Source: an uncultured Gemmatimonadales bacterium (GTDB lineage Bacteria; Gemmatimonadota; Gemmatimonadetes; Longimicrobiales; Longimicrobiaceae). From it: DNA of 64,000 nt. This document shows positions 1 through 10,756 of the stretch, one piece after another (the first letter of the stretch is position 1; each line of letters begins with the position of its first letter). A program made the translations under genes and the position numbers. Below the pieces are notes generated by a model that worked only from the letters and a program-made list of their open reading frames with translations, was not told where the DNA came from and searched no databases. The DNA is taken from contig OY970303.1 in assembly GCA_963716255.1 (NCBI GenBank), positions 3,232,001 to 3,296,000 of the forward strand, written 5' to 3'.

Positions 1-164
1 GGGGCCGTGCCGTAGTAGATCACGAAGAACCGCGGCGCCGCGAACCGGAACGGGGCCAGCGTGATCACCAGCACCACCCCGGCGTAGTACAGGAGCAGGG
101 CCCGGCTGAGGCTCGCGCGTGTGGGAGCGGGGACGAAAGGGGCTTCGGGGGCGGGCTGCGTCAC
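1..164 (-). CDS. Partial membrane protein (N-terminus only), possibly VanZ-like
   Basis: Own translation from GTG at 164: [41 protein letters not shown]...; hydrophobic helix; runs off the window edge. Confidence 0.5.
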   Translation of the reverse strand, partial: MTQPAPEAPFVPAPTRASLSRALLLYYAGVVLVITLAPFRFAAPRFFVIYYGTA

Positions 165-308
165 GCTGCGTACGTGGAGGGGAAGGGAAGAGTGCCCGGC
201 GCGAATCCGGGCCCCCGGAAGGATCGGCCGCGGCGCGCCGAGAGGCAAGGACCATCCGTTCCCGCTATCTTGCCGCGGACCCTTTCGCCACCCCCACCCA
301 CGGTGCCC

Positions 309-767
309 ATGAAGCTCTGGATCGACGCGGACGCAGCGCCGCGCGACGTCAAGGAGATCGTCTTCCGCGCGGCGAAGCGCCTGGAGCTGGCGACGGTGCT
401 GGTCGCCAACCAGCGGCTCCCCGTGCCGCCCGGCAACCCGCACGTGTCCGCGGTGCGGGTGGAGGGCGGGCCCGACGTGGCCGACCTGCACATCGCCGAG
501 CACGCGGAGCCGGGAGACGTGGCCGTCACCGCCGACATCCCGCTGGCGGCTTCGCTGGTGGCGAAGGGGGTGGCGGTGATCGACCCGCGCGGCGAGGAGT
601 TCTCGCCCGACAACGTGGGGGAGCGGCTGGCCGTGCGCGACTTCATGGACGGCCTGCGCGGGGCGGGGGTGGAGACGGGCGGGGCGCGGCCGTACGGGCC
701 CAGGGAGAAGCAGGCGTTCGCGTCCGCCCTGGACCGCGTGCTGACCCGGGCGCTGCGGGGGCGCTGA
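309..767 (+). CDS. YaiI/YqxD family protein (UPF0178)
   Basis: [11 protein letters not shown]...ADLHI...VTADIPLA...IDPRGE motifs. Confidence 0.9.
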   Translation: MKLWIDADAAPRDVKEIVFRAAKRLELATVLVANQRLPVPPGNPHVSAVRVEGGPDVADLHIAEHAEPGDVAVTADIPLAASLVAKGVAVIDPRGEEFSPDNVGERLAVRDFMDGLRGAGVETGGARPYGPREKQAFASALDRVLTRALRGR

Positions 768-776
768 CCGCGCCGC

Positions 777-2690
777 TCACCCCGGCGGCGCGTCCCCGCG
801 GTCGTCGTCCGCGGCGTCCTGCCAGGCGCGCAGCGTCACCCGCTCCGCCTGCTCCATCATCCGCTCCAGCACCCCCAGCGCTGCGTCCAGCGCGGCCTCC
901 GGGGGCGCGGCTTCGCGCACCTGGCGCAGCACCTCCTCGCGGAGGACGGCCAGGTCGCGGCGGAGCTGGTCCTCGGTCCATCCCAGGCGCCGGCGCTGAG
1001 CCCCGTGCAGCTCCAGGATGGTGCGCTGGATCCGCTCGGAGTCGCGCGCCATGTCGGTGGTGGCGTCGCCGGTCTCCAGCGCGAGCATGTGCTGGGTGAC
1101 GCCGGACAGGAAGTTGAGCGCGTGGTTCTGCAGCTCGGCGTCGCGGGTGTCCGGGGTGGCCGGGAGGTCGGGGGAGGCCCGCAGGCGGCTGGTGTAGCCG
1201 GCCAGGATCGCGCCCATCCGCTCCAGCACCAGCGAGCCCACCAGCCCCATCCCCGGCGCGCCGTCGCCGTCCGCAGCGTCCGCGCGCGCGGGGGCGTCCT
1301 GCGGCCCGCGCAGCCACAGGGTGAAGCGCGCCCCTTCCCCCGGCGGGCTGTCCAGCGTCAGGTCGCCGCCCATCAGCCGGGCCAGGCGGCGGCTGATGGC
1401 CAGCCCCAGCCCGCTCCCGCCCTGGGTGCGGGTGAAGGCCTCGGTCTCGCCCTGCACGAACGCCTCGAAGATGGCCTCCACCTTTTCCGGGGGGATCCCG
1501 GGCCCGGTGTCGGCCACGTCCACGCGCGTCCACGGTCCGGCGCCGGCGAGGGCGGCGCGCGGGTCCGGCGTGGCGGCGACGCCGCAGCTCACCACGATGC
1601 GCCCGCCGCGCGGCGTGAACTTGCAGGCGTTCATCAGCAGGTTCACCAGGATCTGCCGCACCCGGTCCGCGTCGCCCACGTACCCGGCGGCGTCGGCGCA
1701 GCGGTTCTCCAGGGTGTGCCCGGACTCCAGGATCTGGGGGTGAACCAGGGTGCGGGCCGCCTCCACCGCCTCGGCCACGTCGCCCGGCTCGCGCCGCACG
1801 GTCATGCGGCCCGCCTCCACCCGCGCCATGTCCAGGATCTCGTCGACCAGCCCCACCAGGTGCTTTCCGCTGGCGCGGATGCGCTCCAGCTTGGCGCGCT
1901 GCGCGTCGGTGACCGGCCCGTCGATCCCCATCTCCATGAGCTGGGTGTAGCCGATGATGGCGTTGAGCGGGGTGCGAAGCTCGTGGCTGGTGACGGCCAG
2001 GAACTGCCCCTTGGCCCGCTCGGCGGCCAGCGCCGCGCCGCGGGCGGCCTCGGCGGCGGCGCGCGACTCGGCGGCGGCGCTGTACAGGCGGGCGTTGTCC
2101 ACCGCCAGCGCGGCGCGCGCGGCCAGGTCCTCGGCGAGCTCCAGGTCGCGCGCGGAGAAGCCGCTCCCCCCGGCCGGTCCCACGAAGGTGATGGCCCCCA
2201 GCACCTGGTCGCGCGCCACCAGCGGCACCACCATCAGCGAGCCGATCCCCAGCTCCTCCAGCAGGCGCAGGTTCTCCTCGTCGCGGGCGACGCGGGCCAG
2301 CAGCTCGCCGTCCACCAGCGGGATCACCTCGGCGCGGCGGGTGCGCATCACCGCGGGGGCGCCCAGCGGGTCGTCGCGCTCGGGGGGCCAGCCGGCGCGC
2401 AGCTCGCGCACCAGCGGCTGCCTGGCGGGGTCGGGGTGCACGATGGAAAGGCGGCGCGCGGAGCCGTCCGGCTCCACCACGTCCACGATGCACCAGGCGC
2501 CCAGGTGCGGCACGGCGAGCCGGGCCACGGTCGCCAGCGTGATCTCGTAGTCCAGCGAGTCGGCCAGGAGGCGGCTGGCCTCCGCCAGGAAGAGCGCGTT
2601 GGAGAGCGCGTCGGTCGCGTGGCCGGGGAGCTGGTGCGCCTCGCCCGGCGCGGGGCTCAGGAGGTCGTCCATGCGGGCGGACCTTTGCAT
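777..2690 (-). CDS. GAF-domain sensor histidine kinase with extra C-terminal helical domain
   Basis: GAF region, SHELRTPLNAI H-box, QILVNLLMNACKF, DTGPGI, GSGLGLAI; start 2690 or 2672. Confidence 0.9.
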   Translation of the reverse strand: MQRSARMDDLLSPAPGEAHQLPGHATDALSNALFLAEASRLLADSLDYEITLATVARLAVPHLGAWCIVDVVEPDGSARRLSIVHPDPARQPLVRELRAGWPPERDDPLGAPAVMRTRRAEVIPLVDGELLARVARDEENLRLLEELGIGSLMVVPLVARDQVLGAITFVGPAGGSGFSARDLELAEDLAARAALAVDNARLYSAAAESRAAAEAARGAALAAERAKGQFLAVTSHELRTPLNAIIGYTQLMEMGIDGPVTDAQRAKLERIRASGKHLVGLVDEILDMARVEAGRMTVRREPGDVAEAVEAARTLVHPQILESGHTLENRCADAAGYVGDADRVRQILVNLLMNACKFTPRGGRIVVSCGVAATPDPRAALAGAGPWTRVDVADTGPGIPPEKVEAIFEAFVQGETEAFTRTQGGSGLGLAISRRLARLMGGDLTLDSPPGEGARFTLWLRGPQDAPARADAADGDGAPGMGLVGSLVLERMGAILAGYTSRLRASPDLPATPDTRDAELQNHALNFLSGVTQHMLALETGDATTDMARDSERIQRTILELHGAQRRRLGWTEDQLRRDLAVLREEVLRQVREAAPPEAALDAALGVLERMMEQAERVTLRAWQDAADDDRGDAPPG

Positions 2691-2731
2691 CGTTCGCGCC
2701 AGCCCCGGCGCGCCGCCGGTCCCCGGCGCGG

Positions 2732-3559
2732 CTACGCCGCCGAGCTCTCGTGCGGCGCGGCGTCGGCGAGGCGCATCGCCAGCTCCAGCGCCTCCACCAG
2801 GCCGCCGCGGTCCACGTGCCCCACCCGGTGCCGTGCCACGGCGTGGACCTCCGGCTCCGCGTTCCCCATCGCCACCGGGTGGCCCACGGCGCCCATCGCC
2901 CCCACGTCGTTGAGGCCGTCGCCCACCATCATCACCCGGTCCAGCGGCACCCCGTACGCGCCGGCGAGCACGCGCACCTCGCTCGCCTTGTCCACGCCCG
3001 CCGGGGTGATGTTGACGAACGAGGTGTCCGGCATCACCGGCGAGGTGGAGTGCGCCAGCTCCAGGTCGGGGTGCCGGTCGGCGAGCGCGGCGTCGGCCCC
3101 GGCGTGCGCCATCACCCACTGGGCACGCACGATCCTTCCCTCCAGCGAGGCGAACGCCCGCGGGCGGAAGGGGACGCCCAGCAGGCCCGCGTGCCGCCGG
3201 GCGCGCTCGGCGGTGCTTTCCACGGCGTAGGCGGAGTCGGTGTACAGCTCCAGGATGCGGCCGGTGGCGCGCGCAGTCGCCAGAAGCCACTCCAGCGCCG
3301 CGGGCGACAGGCTCCCCGAGCGCGACTCGCCGGTGGACACGTGCACCACGCTGGCGCCGTTCTGGAAGACGTGCCACCCGCCGCCGTCCAGCCGCTCGGC
3401 GTACTCCCGGGCCAGCCCGAACGCCGGGCGGCCGGAGCACACGGCCAGGCGGATGCCCCGCACGCGGGCGCGCTCCGCGGCGGCCCACACCTCCGGCGCC
3501 ACGGTCCCGGACGAGCCCACCAGCGTCCCGTCCACGTCGATGCAGACCAGCTCCACCAT
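2732..3559 (-). CDS. Cof-type HAD-IIB family hydrolase
   Basis: DVDGTL, SGR, GVDKA, VGDGLND, AMGNA motifs. Confidence 0.9.
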   Translation of the reverse strand: MVELVCIDVDGTLVGSSGTVAPEVWAAAERARVRGIRLAVCSGRPAFGLAREYAERLDGGGWHVFQNGASVVHVSTGESRSGSLSPAALEWLLATARATGRILELYTDSAYAVESTAERARRHAGLLGVPFRPRAFASLEGRIVRAQWVMAHAGADAALADRHPDLELAHSTSPVMPDTSFVNITPAGVDKASEVRVLAGAYGVPLDRVMMVGDGLNDVGAMGAVGHPVAMGNAEPEVHAVARHRVGHVDRGGLVEALELAMRLADAAPHESSAA

Positions 3560-3671
3560 GAATTCACCCACTCCGGTTGACAGACAAAAAAACAGCGCCG
3601 CGAACAGATAAGTTCGCAGCGCTGCGGTGGTTGCGTCAAACCGCGCTCGGCGTGTCCGGTCCGGCACGGCC

Positions 3672-4679
3672 TCACGGGTAGGCCACCTCCCGCACCCAGT
3701 CCACCTCCCGCGGCTCCCGGCCCGGCTCCATCCCCCGGGTGATGGCCCAGCGCTGGAGCCAGGACAGCCCCTCCCGTCCCGTGTACGTGTCCCGCGACCG
3801 GTACGCGGGATCCGCCAGCGCCCGCTCCACGGGCACGAAGCCGTAGCCCCGCCCCTTCAGCATCGCCGCCAGCTCGTCCAGGTAGTCCGCGTTCAGCGCG
3901 TTCGCGTGAAGCATCAGCACCTGGGCAGGCTCCCGCTCCAGCACGCGCCGCGACAGCGCCTCGGAGAAGGTGAAGCTTTCGCGCATGTGCTCCACGTACG
4001 CCCCGCCGATGCGCCGCATCAGCGCGCTGTCGGCCCGGAGGTGCGCGTTGTCGTAGGCCAGGGCGTACGTCACGTCCAGGTTGTCCACCGTCACCGGAGC
4101 CACCCGGTAGCCGTGCTCCGCCAGGAAGCGCTCGAACGCTTCTTTCGTGCGCAGGTCGGGGCCGGTGTTCAGGTAGGGATGGCGGAAATACCGCGGCTGC
4201 CCCTCGCGCTCCGCCAGCAGGGCCCGAGTGACGCTGTCGCCGCGGAGCACCTGTCGCTGGTACTCCTCCAGCGGCGTGGTCCAGAAGGAAACGTGGGCGT
4301 AGGTGTGGTTGCCCAGCTCCATCCCCGCGTCCAGCCACTGCTCCAGCAGGGCGACCCGCGCCGGGCGGTCGCCGCCCCGGCCGAGCTTGCCCTCGTTGAC
4401 GAAGCCCACGGCGACGATCCCGGCGCCGCGCAGCTGGCCGAGCAGGCGGGTGGTGACGTCCCGCATGCGCTCCAGCCCGTAGGCCCCGTCGCGCGACATG
4501 GGCAGGTCGTCGAACGTGAACGCCACCGTGCGCCCGGGCGCCGCCGTGTCCGCTGGGACGGGGATCGAGGCGGGCGAGGCCGCCGACCGCTCGTCCACCG
4601 GCCGGGTCTCGGCGCCGCGCCCGCAGCCAATCGATGCGAGGGCGAGCGCCGCTGCCGCCATCCGGATCGCTGATCGCAT
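3672..4679 (-). CDS. Polysaccharide deacetylase family (lipo)protein
   Basis: [26 protein letters not shown] motifs; signal peptide with lipobox-like SIGC. Confidence 0.88.
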   Translation of the reverse strand: MRSAIRMAAAALALASIGCGRGAETRPVDERSAASPASIPVPADTAAPGRTVAFTFDDLPMSRDGAYGLERMRDVTTRLLGQLRGAGIVAVGFVNEGKLGRGGDRPARVALLEQWLDAGMELGNHTYAHVSFWTTPLEEYQRQVLRGDSVTRALLAEREGQPRYFRHPYLNTGPDLRTKEAFERFLAEHGYRVAPVTVDNLDVTYALAYDNAHLRADSALMRRIGGAYVEHMRESFTFSEALSRRVLEREPAQVLMLHANALNADYLDELAAMLKGRGYGFVPVERALADPAYRSRDTYTGREGLSWLQRWAITRGMEPGREPREVDWVREVAYP

Positions 4680-4794
4680 GCCGCACCTCCCGAAAGGATG
4701 CCTGCCGACCGGCGGACCTCGGGCCCGGCCGGCCTCCAGGATGCCGTACGCCTCCCGCGCCGGCTCCCGTCTCCCGCCTGCACGATCCGCTCCT

Positions 4795-5505
4795 TCAGGG
4801 GCCCGCCGTGCCCGCCGCCTCGCGCCGGGCGAGGTGGACCACCGCGAGCGCGCGCAGGTCGATCAGCGTGTGGAGCAGGATGGGCAGCAGGAGGCTTCCC
4901 GAGGCCAGGTACAGGCCGCCCAGCAGCAGGCCCACCACGCCCGTGAGGAGCATTCCCTTCGCTCCCTGCCCCGCGTGCGCTACCCCGAAGGCCAGCGAAG
5001 ACACCGCCAGCGCCGCCGACGCGGACAGCCCCCAGGGGCCGGCGGCCAGGTAGCGCATCAGGAAGCCGCGGTAGATCAGCTCTTCCGTGATCCCGGCGGT
5101 GACGGACACGCCCGCGAAGAGAAGCTTCTCGCGCGCCGTGCGCGGCAGGAGGTAGCCGATCCCGTCGAAGGCGGCCGCCAGCCTGGCCCGGAGGCCGGGG
5201 TTGAACCACGCGAACACCACCGGCAGCACCTGTCCCACGCTGGCCGCGGCCGCCATGATCCACGCGGTCGTCGGGGGCAGCCCGCTCCACGGGGCGCCGG
5301 GGGCCGGGGGCGCGAGAAACAGGCTCGACAGGGGGAAGACCAGGAGAGCCGCGCCGGCGAAGAGCCACAGGATGGCGATGACGCGCAGGTAAATGGGCGA
5401 CTTCGCGCCGGGCCGAACCGCCTCGCGGAGCCGGCGGGCCTCCCACAGGTCCCAGAGCGGGAAGAGTACGAGCAGGGCGGCAGCCAGCAGGTGTGCGAGG
5501 AGCAT
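4795..5505 (-). CDS. CPBP family (CAAX/Abi) intramembrane metalloprotease
   Basis: EELIYRG, FGVAH, HTLID motifs; multiple TM segments. Confidence 0.9.
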   Translation of the reverse strand: MLLAHLLAAALLVLFPLWDLWEARRLREAVRPGAKSPIYLRVIAILWLFAGAALLVFPLSSLFLAPPAPGAPWSGLPPTTAWIMAAAASVGQVLPVVFAWFNPGLRARLAAAFDGIGYLLPRTAREKLLFAGVSVTAGITEELIYRGFLMRYLAAGPWGLSASAALAVSSLAFGVAHAGQGAKGMLLTGVVGLLLGGLYLASGSLLLPILLHTLIDLRALAVVHLARREAAGTAGP

Positions 5506-5623
5506 TAGAACCGGGAGAGGGAGGGCGGCAACGTGCTGCCGTGCGGGCGGCGGAGCGACGGCGTCTACGGTGAGCTCCGCATGCGCAGCGAAACGACTAC
5601 GCCTCCGAAGCTGTCTTCCGCTG

Positions 5624-5848
5624 TCAGCGCAGGGGCTCGGGGAGCGGAGCGGAGCCGAAAGCGTATCGCAGCAGCTCGCGCTTCAGTTCCCGGTCCGACC
5701 ATTCCGGATGCTGGACACGCAAGCGAGCCAACGTCAGCTCACGCGCGGCCGCGCTCATCTCCACCGCGAGCTGCAGGCGTTCTTCTCCTGTCATCCCGCG
5801 ATAAATGCTCGCCTGGATCTCCGCTGCTTCGGGGCTGGTGTCGCTCAT
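5624..5848 (-). CDS. Small helical hypothetical protein (DTSPEA...MTGEERL...HPEWS type)
   Basis: 74-aa ORF 10 nt downstream of the preceding gene on the same strand; resembles small proteins often next to nucleotidyltransferase genes (recollection, not searched). Confidence 0.7.
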   Translation of the reverse strand: MSDTSPEAAEIQASIYRGMTGEERLQLAVEMSAAARELTLARLRVQHPEWSDRELKRELLRYAFGSAPLPEPLR

Positions 5849-5858
5849 CTCTCGCCTC

Positions 5859-8744
5859 TCACCTCGCCATCGCCAGCAGCTCCGCCGGGTGGATCGCCTT
5901 CCGCCCCTCGCAGAAGTCGCCGATCTGCGAGCGGCAGGAGAACCCTGGCGCCACCACCAGGTCGTCCGGCGCCGCTCCCCGCACCGCCGGAAAGAGCACT
6001 CGCTCCCCCGCCGCCCGCGACACCTCGTAGTGCCCCCGCTCGTACCCGAACGACCCCGCCATCCCGCAGCACCCGGAGTCCAGCACCGTGAACTCCAGCC
6101 CCTCCACCCGACCCAGCACCTCGCGCGTGGGCTCCATCCCCACGATCGCCTTCTGGTGGCAGTGCCCGTGGACGACGGCGCGCCGCTCCAGCCGCCCCGG
6201 CTTCCACCCCGGCACCGAGAGCAGGAACTCCTCCAGCATCATCGCCGCCCCCGCGATCGCCTTCGCGCGCGGGTCGCGCACCAGGTCCGGGAGCTCGTCG
6301 CGCAGCGTAAGGATGCAGCTGGGCTCCACCCCCACGATCCTGGCGCCGCGCTCCACCTCGGGGGCCAGCACCTCCACCAGCTCCCGCTGCTTGTCGACGG
6401 CGTGGTCCAGCAGCCCCTTGGAGATGGCGGCGCGCCCGCAGCACACCTGCCGCCGGGGGAGCACCACCCGGAAGCCGGCCCGCTCCAGCACCGCCGCCGT
6501 GGCGCGCAGCGGCGCGGACTGGAAGAAGTTGTGGAAGGTGTCGTCGAACAGGACGACGGCGGGCCGCGCGTCGCCGCCGGGCGACGAGCCGCCCCGGCCG
6601 CCCCGCCACTCGCGGCGGAAGGGGCGCGCGTCGAAGACCGGGAGCTTGCGCCGCGGGTCCACGTGCGCCGCCGCCTTCATCGCCCCGCCGAACAGGCTGC
6701 TCCCCAGGTTGGCGAGCCCCGGCGCCAGGCTCCCCGCCCGGGCGAAGTCGTGGATCCGCCCGAAGAAGAGCGCCTCCCTGGGCGTGCCCGTTTCGCGGAA
6801 GTGCTGCGCCAGGAACTCCGCCTTGTAGCGGGCCATGTCCACCCCCACCGGGCACTCCGTCTTGCACGCCTTGCACTGGAGGCAAAGGTCCAGCGCCTCC
6901 TTCACTTCCGTGCTGCGCATTCCCGGGAGGTTGCCGCGCATGGCCTCGCGCAGCGCGTTGGCGCGGCCGCGCACGGTGTGCTCCTCCTCCAGCGTCACCA
7001 TGAACGAGGGGCACATGGTCCCCGCGTCCAGCTTGCGGCACACGGCCATGCCGTTGCACTTCTCCACCGCCTTGTCCCAGCCGCCGTCCTCCGAGTAGTC
7101 GAACCACGTGGGCGGCGCCTTTGCCGCGTACGCCTCGCCGAAGCGCAGGTTGTCCGACATGCGCTGGTGCGGCGGGACGATCTTGCCGCCCGGGTTCATG
7201 CGGTTTTCCGGGTCGAAGACGTGCTTGACCCGGCGGTGCAGCTCCATGACCTCGGCGCCGAACATCAGCGGCAGGAACTCCGAGCGGGCCAGCCCGTCGC
7301 CGTGCTCGCCGGAGAGCGAGCCCCCGAACTCCACCACCAGCTCCGCGATGTCCCCGGCGATGGCCTGCATGCGGCGGACGTCGTCGCCGCGCTTCAGGTT
7401 CAGGTCCACGCGGATGTGCAGGCACCCGTGCCCCGCGTGCCCGAAGAAGCCCAGCGTGGTGCCGTGCCGGTGCACGATCTCCTCGAAGCGGCGGGTGTAG
7501 GCGCCCAGCTTTTCCGGGGGGATGCCGGTGTCCTCCACGAACTCCTGCGGCTTGATGTCGCGCGTGGGGGTGGTGCGGTACAGCAGCCCGGTGGCCGCCT
7601 GCCGCAGCGCCCATGCCGCGGTCTGCACCCGCGGGTCCAGGAAGACGCCGGGGACCGGCGCGCCGGGGAGGCGCGGAGCGCGCCCCGCGAAGTCGTGGGC
7701 CAGCGCGGCCACCTCCTCCGCCGTGTCGCCGGAGAACTCGCAGAACAGCACCCCCAGCGCGTCCGGCTCCACCAGCGCCGCCGTGGCGCGGAACTCCAGG
7801 AGCTCGCGCGCCCCCTGGAGCACGCGCGAGTCCACGATCTCCAGCGCCGAAAGGCCCGCCTCCGGGAGGATGCGGGGGATGGCGTCCATGGAGTCCCAGC
7901 GCCCGCGGAAGCTGAGCAGCACCAGGGCGCGCGCCCCGGGGAGCGGCACCAGCCCCAGCTCCGCCTCGGTGATGGTGGCCAGCGTGCCCTCCGAGCCTAC
8001 CACCAGCTGGGCCAGGTTCAGCTCCGGCGCCTCCAGCACGTGGTCGAAGTTGTAGCCGGAGACGCGGCGCGGGATCCTGGGATAGCGGGCGAGCACCGAG
8101 TCGCGGTGCGGCTCCAAGATCCCCAGCACCTCCCGCGCGATCTCCCCCTCGCGCCCGGGCATGGCCGCCACCGCGCCGCGCGCCACCGGGCCGAAGCGCA
8201 CGTCCGCGCCGTCGTGCAGCACGCAGTCCAGCGAGTGCACGTGGTCGCCGGTCTTGCCGTACGCCAGCGAGCGGGCGCCGCACGAGTTGTTGCCGATCAT
8301 GCCGCCCACGCAGCACTGGCGGATGGTGGCCGGGTCCGGCCCGAAGTGCAGGCCGTGCGGGGCGGCGGCGCGGTTCAGGCGGTCCAGCCGCACCCCGGGC
8401 TGCACGCGGGCGCGGCGGCGGTCCGGGTCCACCTCCAGCACCCGGTTCATGTACTTGCCGAAGTCCAGCACCAGCGCGGCCCCCACCGTCTGCCCGGCGA
8501 GCGCGGTGCCGCCGCCCCGCGGGAGGACGGGCACGCCGTGCTCCGCGGCCAGGCGGTGCGCCGCCCGCACGTCGGCGGCGTCGCGGGGGAGCACCACTCC
8601 CGCCGGCACCAGCTGGTACAGCGAGGCGTCGGTGCTGTACAGCAGGCGGCTCTTGGCGTCGAAGCGCACCTCGCCGCGCACCTGCTGGCGGAGGGCGCGC
8701 TCCAGGCGGGCGGCGCGGGGGTCGGGCTGGACCACGGGGAGCAT
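5859..8744 (-). CDS. FAD-binding and (Fe-S)-binding oxidoreductase (GlcD/GlcF-type fusion, YdiJ-like)
   Basis: PRGGGT, GGMIGNNSCG, GSEGTL, SGEHGDG, CLQCKACKTECP, two CCG domains. Confidence 0.92.
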   Translation of the reverse strand: MLPVVQPDPRAARLERALRQQVRGEVRFDAKSRLLYSTDASLYQLVPAGVVLPRDAADVRAAHRLAAEHGVPVLPRGGGTALAGQTVGAALVLDFGKYMNRVLEVDPDRRRARVQPGVRLDRLNRAAAPHGLHFGPDPATIRQCCVGGMIGNNSCGARSLAYGKTGDHVHSLDCVLHDGADVRFGPVARGAVAAMPGREGEIAREVLGILEPHRDSVLARYPRIPRRVSGYNFDHVLEAPELNLAQLVVGSEGTLATITEAELGLVPLPGARALVLLSFRGRWDSMDAIPRILPEAGLSALEIVDSRVLQGARELLEFRATAALVEPDALGVLFCEFSGDTAEEVAALAHDFAGRAPRLPGAPVPGVFLDPRVQTAAWALRQAATGLLYRTTPTRDIKPQEFVEDTGIPPEKLGAYTRRFEEIVHRHGTTLGFFGHAGHGCLHIRVDLNLKRGDDVRRMQAIAGDIAELVVEFGGSLSGEHGDGLARSEFLPLMFGAEVMELHRRVKHVFDPENRMNPGGKIVPPHQRMSDNLRFGEAYAAKAPPTWFDYSEDGGWDKAVEKCNGMAVCRKLDAGTMCPSFMVTLEEEHTVRGRANALREAMRGNLPGMRSTEVKEALDLCLQCKACKTECPVGVDMARYKAEFLAQHFRETGTPREALFFGRIHDFARAGSLAPGLANLGSSLFGGAMKAAAHVDPRRKLPVFDARPFRREWRGGRGGSSPGGDARPAVVLFDDTFHNFFQSAPLRATAAVLERAGFRVVLPRRQVCCGRAAISKGLLDHAVDKQRELVEVLAPEVERGARIVGVEPSCILTLRDELPDLVRDPRAKAIAGAAMMLEEFLLSVPGWKPGRLERRAVVHGHCHQKAIVGMEPTREVLGRVEGLEFTVLDSGCCGMAGSFGYERGHYEVSRAAGERVLFPAVRGAAPDDLVVAPGFSCRSQIGDFCEGRKAIHPAELLAMAR

Positions 8745-8768
8745 GCGGGCCTCTGCGGGGACGGGGCG

Positions 8769-10709
8769 CTACGCCGGCGCGGCGCCGGGCTGCGGCGGGG
8801 CCGCCGGTTCCGCGGCCGGCGCCGCAGCGGGGAGGAGGAGGCGGAAGGTGCTCCCCACAGCCGGCTCCGAGTCCACCTCCAGCGTGCCCCCCAGCAGCCG
8901 CGCCAGGCGCAGCGAGATGGGGAGCCCCAGCCCCGTCCCCCCGGGCGCGGCGGCGGGGAGCTGCACGAACTCGTCGAAGATGCGGGGGATGTCCACGGTG
9001 GCGATCCCGCTCCCGCGGTCCACCACCTCCACCTTCACCCCGCCCGCCGGCGCGTCGCCGCAGCGCACCTCGATGGGCCGCCCCTCCCCGAACTTGATCG
9101 CGTTGGAAAGCAGGTTGAGGAGGATCTGCCGCACCCGCCGCGGGTCAGTCACGATCCGCCGCGTCGAGGCAGTGCAGGCGGTGCGCAGCTCCGAGCCGCG
9201 GTCCTCCGCCATGGGGCGCACGGTGACGAACAGCTCCTCCACCAGCTCGGGGACGTCCACCTCCTCCGGCTGGATCTCCATCTTGCCCGCCTCCAGCTTG
9301 GACAGGTCCAGCACGTCGTTGACCAGCTCCAGCAGGTGGCGGGCGGCGCGCTGCCCACGCTCCAGCCCGGACTGCTGCGCGTCGCCCAGCGGGCCGTAGA
9401 TGCCGGCCAGGAGCAGGTCGTTGTAGCCCAGGATGGCGTTGATGGGGGTGCGCAGCTCGTGGCTCATCGCAGCGTAGAAGCGGTCCCGGGCCTCCAGGGC
9501 GCGCTCCCGCTCCTCCTCCACCCGCTTGCGGTCGGTGATGTCCAGCACCGTCCCCAGGAAGCGGGTCGCGCGGCGGGCGGGGCCCTCCCCCTCGAAGGAG
9601 GCGCGTCCCTTGGCGACGATCCAGCGCACGGTGCCGTCCGGCCACAGCGAGCGGTACTCCACGGCGTAGTCGCCCGGGCTCGCCGGGTCCAGCGCCGCCC
9701 GCACCACGGCGTCGGTGCGCTCCCGGTCCTCCGGGTGCAGGCGGGCCAGGAAGGTGGCGTAGTCCACCTCCGCCCCGGGCGGAAGCCCGAACGCCGCCTT
9801 GCAGCGCTCCGACCAGCGCAGCTCCCCCGTCTGCGGCACGAAGTCCCACGTCCCCACCCCCGACGACTCCACCGCCAGGCGCGTGCGCTCCTCCGCCTCG
9901 CGAACCGCGCGCTCCGCCAGGCGCCGCTCGGTGAAGTCCTCCATGGAGCCGATCATGCGCACCGGGCGCCCCTCCGCGTCGCGCGCCACGAAGCCGCGGT
10001 CGCGCACCTCCGCGTACGAGCCGTCCGCCCGCCGGAAGCGGTACTCGTCCGCCCACACCTCGCCGCCGCCGTCGATGGTCGCGTGGATCCCGCCCACCAC
10101 GCGCTCCCGGTCCTCCGGGTGCACGTGTTCGTACCACCACTCCGCCACGGTGCGCAGCCCGTCCGGGCGGTGGCCCAGGACCCGCCCGAGCGCCTGGTTC
10201 CAGCGGACCTCGTCCGTGACCAGGTCCCAGTCCCAGATCACGTCGTTGGTGGCGCGCGTGACCAGGATGTAGCGCTCCTCCTCTTCGCGGCGGGCGTCCT
10301 CGGCGCGGCGGGTCTGCGTTTCGGCGCGGTGCACGCGCACCGCGTGGCGGATGCTCCGCTCCAGCCGCTCCGGCGTCAGCGACGCCTTGCCCAGGTAGTC
10401 GGCCGCGCCGGCCTTCATCAGCTCCACGGCCGTCTGCGTGTCCGACTGGCCGGTGAGCATCACCACCGGCGTGTCGATCCCTCCGGCGCGGGCCTCGCGC
10501 AGCACCCGGCCACCGTCGCCGCCGGGGAGCTGGAAGTCCAGGAGCACGCAGTCCCAGGCGGAGCCGCGCAGGGCGGCGAGCGCGGAGTCCACGTCCCCGG
10601 CCTCGGCCACCTCCGCGTCGGTGCCGGACGCGCGCAGCGCGCGGTGGACCGCCATGCGGTCCACCGCGTCGTCGTCCACGACCAGGATCCTGAGCCGCTC
10701 CCCTTCCAT
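8769..10709 (-). CDS. Hybrid sensor kinase REC-PAS-PAS-HisKA-HATPase
   Basis: ILVVDDD receiver, HPEDRER PAS motifs, SHELRTPINAI, GTGLGL. Confidence 0.92.
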   Translation of the reverse strand: MEGERLRILVVDDDAVDRMAVHRALRASGTDAEVAEAGDVDSALAALRGSAWDCVLLDFQLPGGDGGRVLREARAGGIDTPVVMLTGQSDTQTAVELMKAGAADYLGKASLTPERLERSIRHAVRVHRAETQTRRAEDARREEEERYILVTRATNDVIWDWDLVTDEVRWNQALGRVLGHRPDGLRTVAEWWYEHVHPEDRERVVGGIHATIDGGGEVWADEYRFRRADGSYAEVRDRGFVARDAEGRPVRMIGSMEDFTERRLAERAVREAEERTRLAVESSGVGTWDFVPQTGELRWSERCKAAFGLPPGAEVDYATFLARLHPEDRERTDAVVRAALDPASPGDYAVEYRSLWPDGTVRWIVAKGRASFEGEGPARRATRFLGTVLDITDRKRVEEERERALEARDRFYAAMSHELRTPINAILGYNDLLLAGIYGPLGDAQQSGLERGQRAARHLLELVNDVLDLSKLEAGKMEIQPEEVDVPELVEELFVTVRPMAEDRGSELRTACTASTRRIVTDPRRVRQILLNLLSNAIKFGEGRPIEVRCGDAPAGGVKVEVVDRGSGIATVDIPRIFDEFVQLPAAAPGGTGLGLPISLRLARLLGGTLEVDSEPAVGSTFRLLLPAAAPAAEPAAPPQPGAAPA

Positions 10710-10756
10710 TCAGCGCCGGGGGTGCGGGGTGCCGCGGGGGGGTGCTGCCGGGAGGG

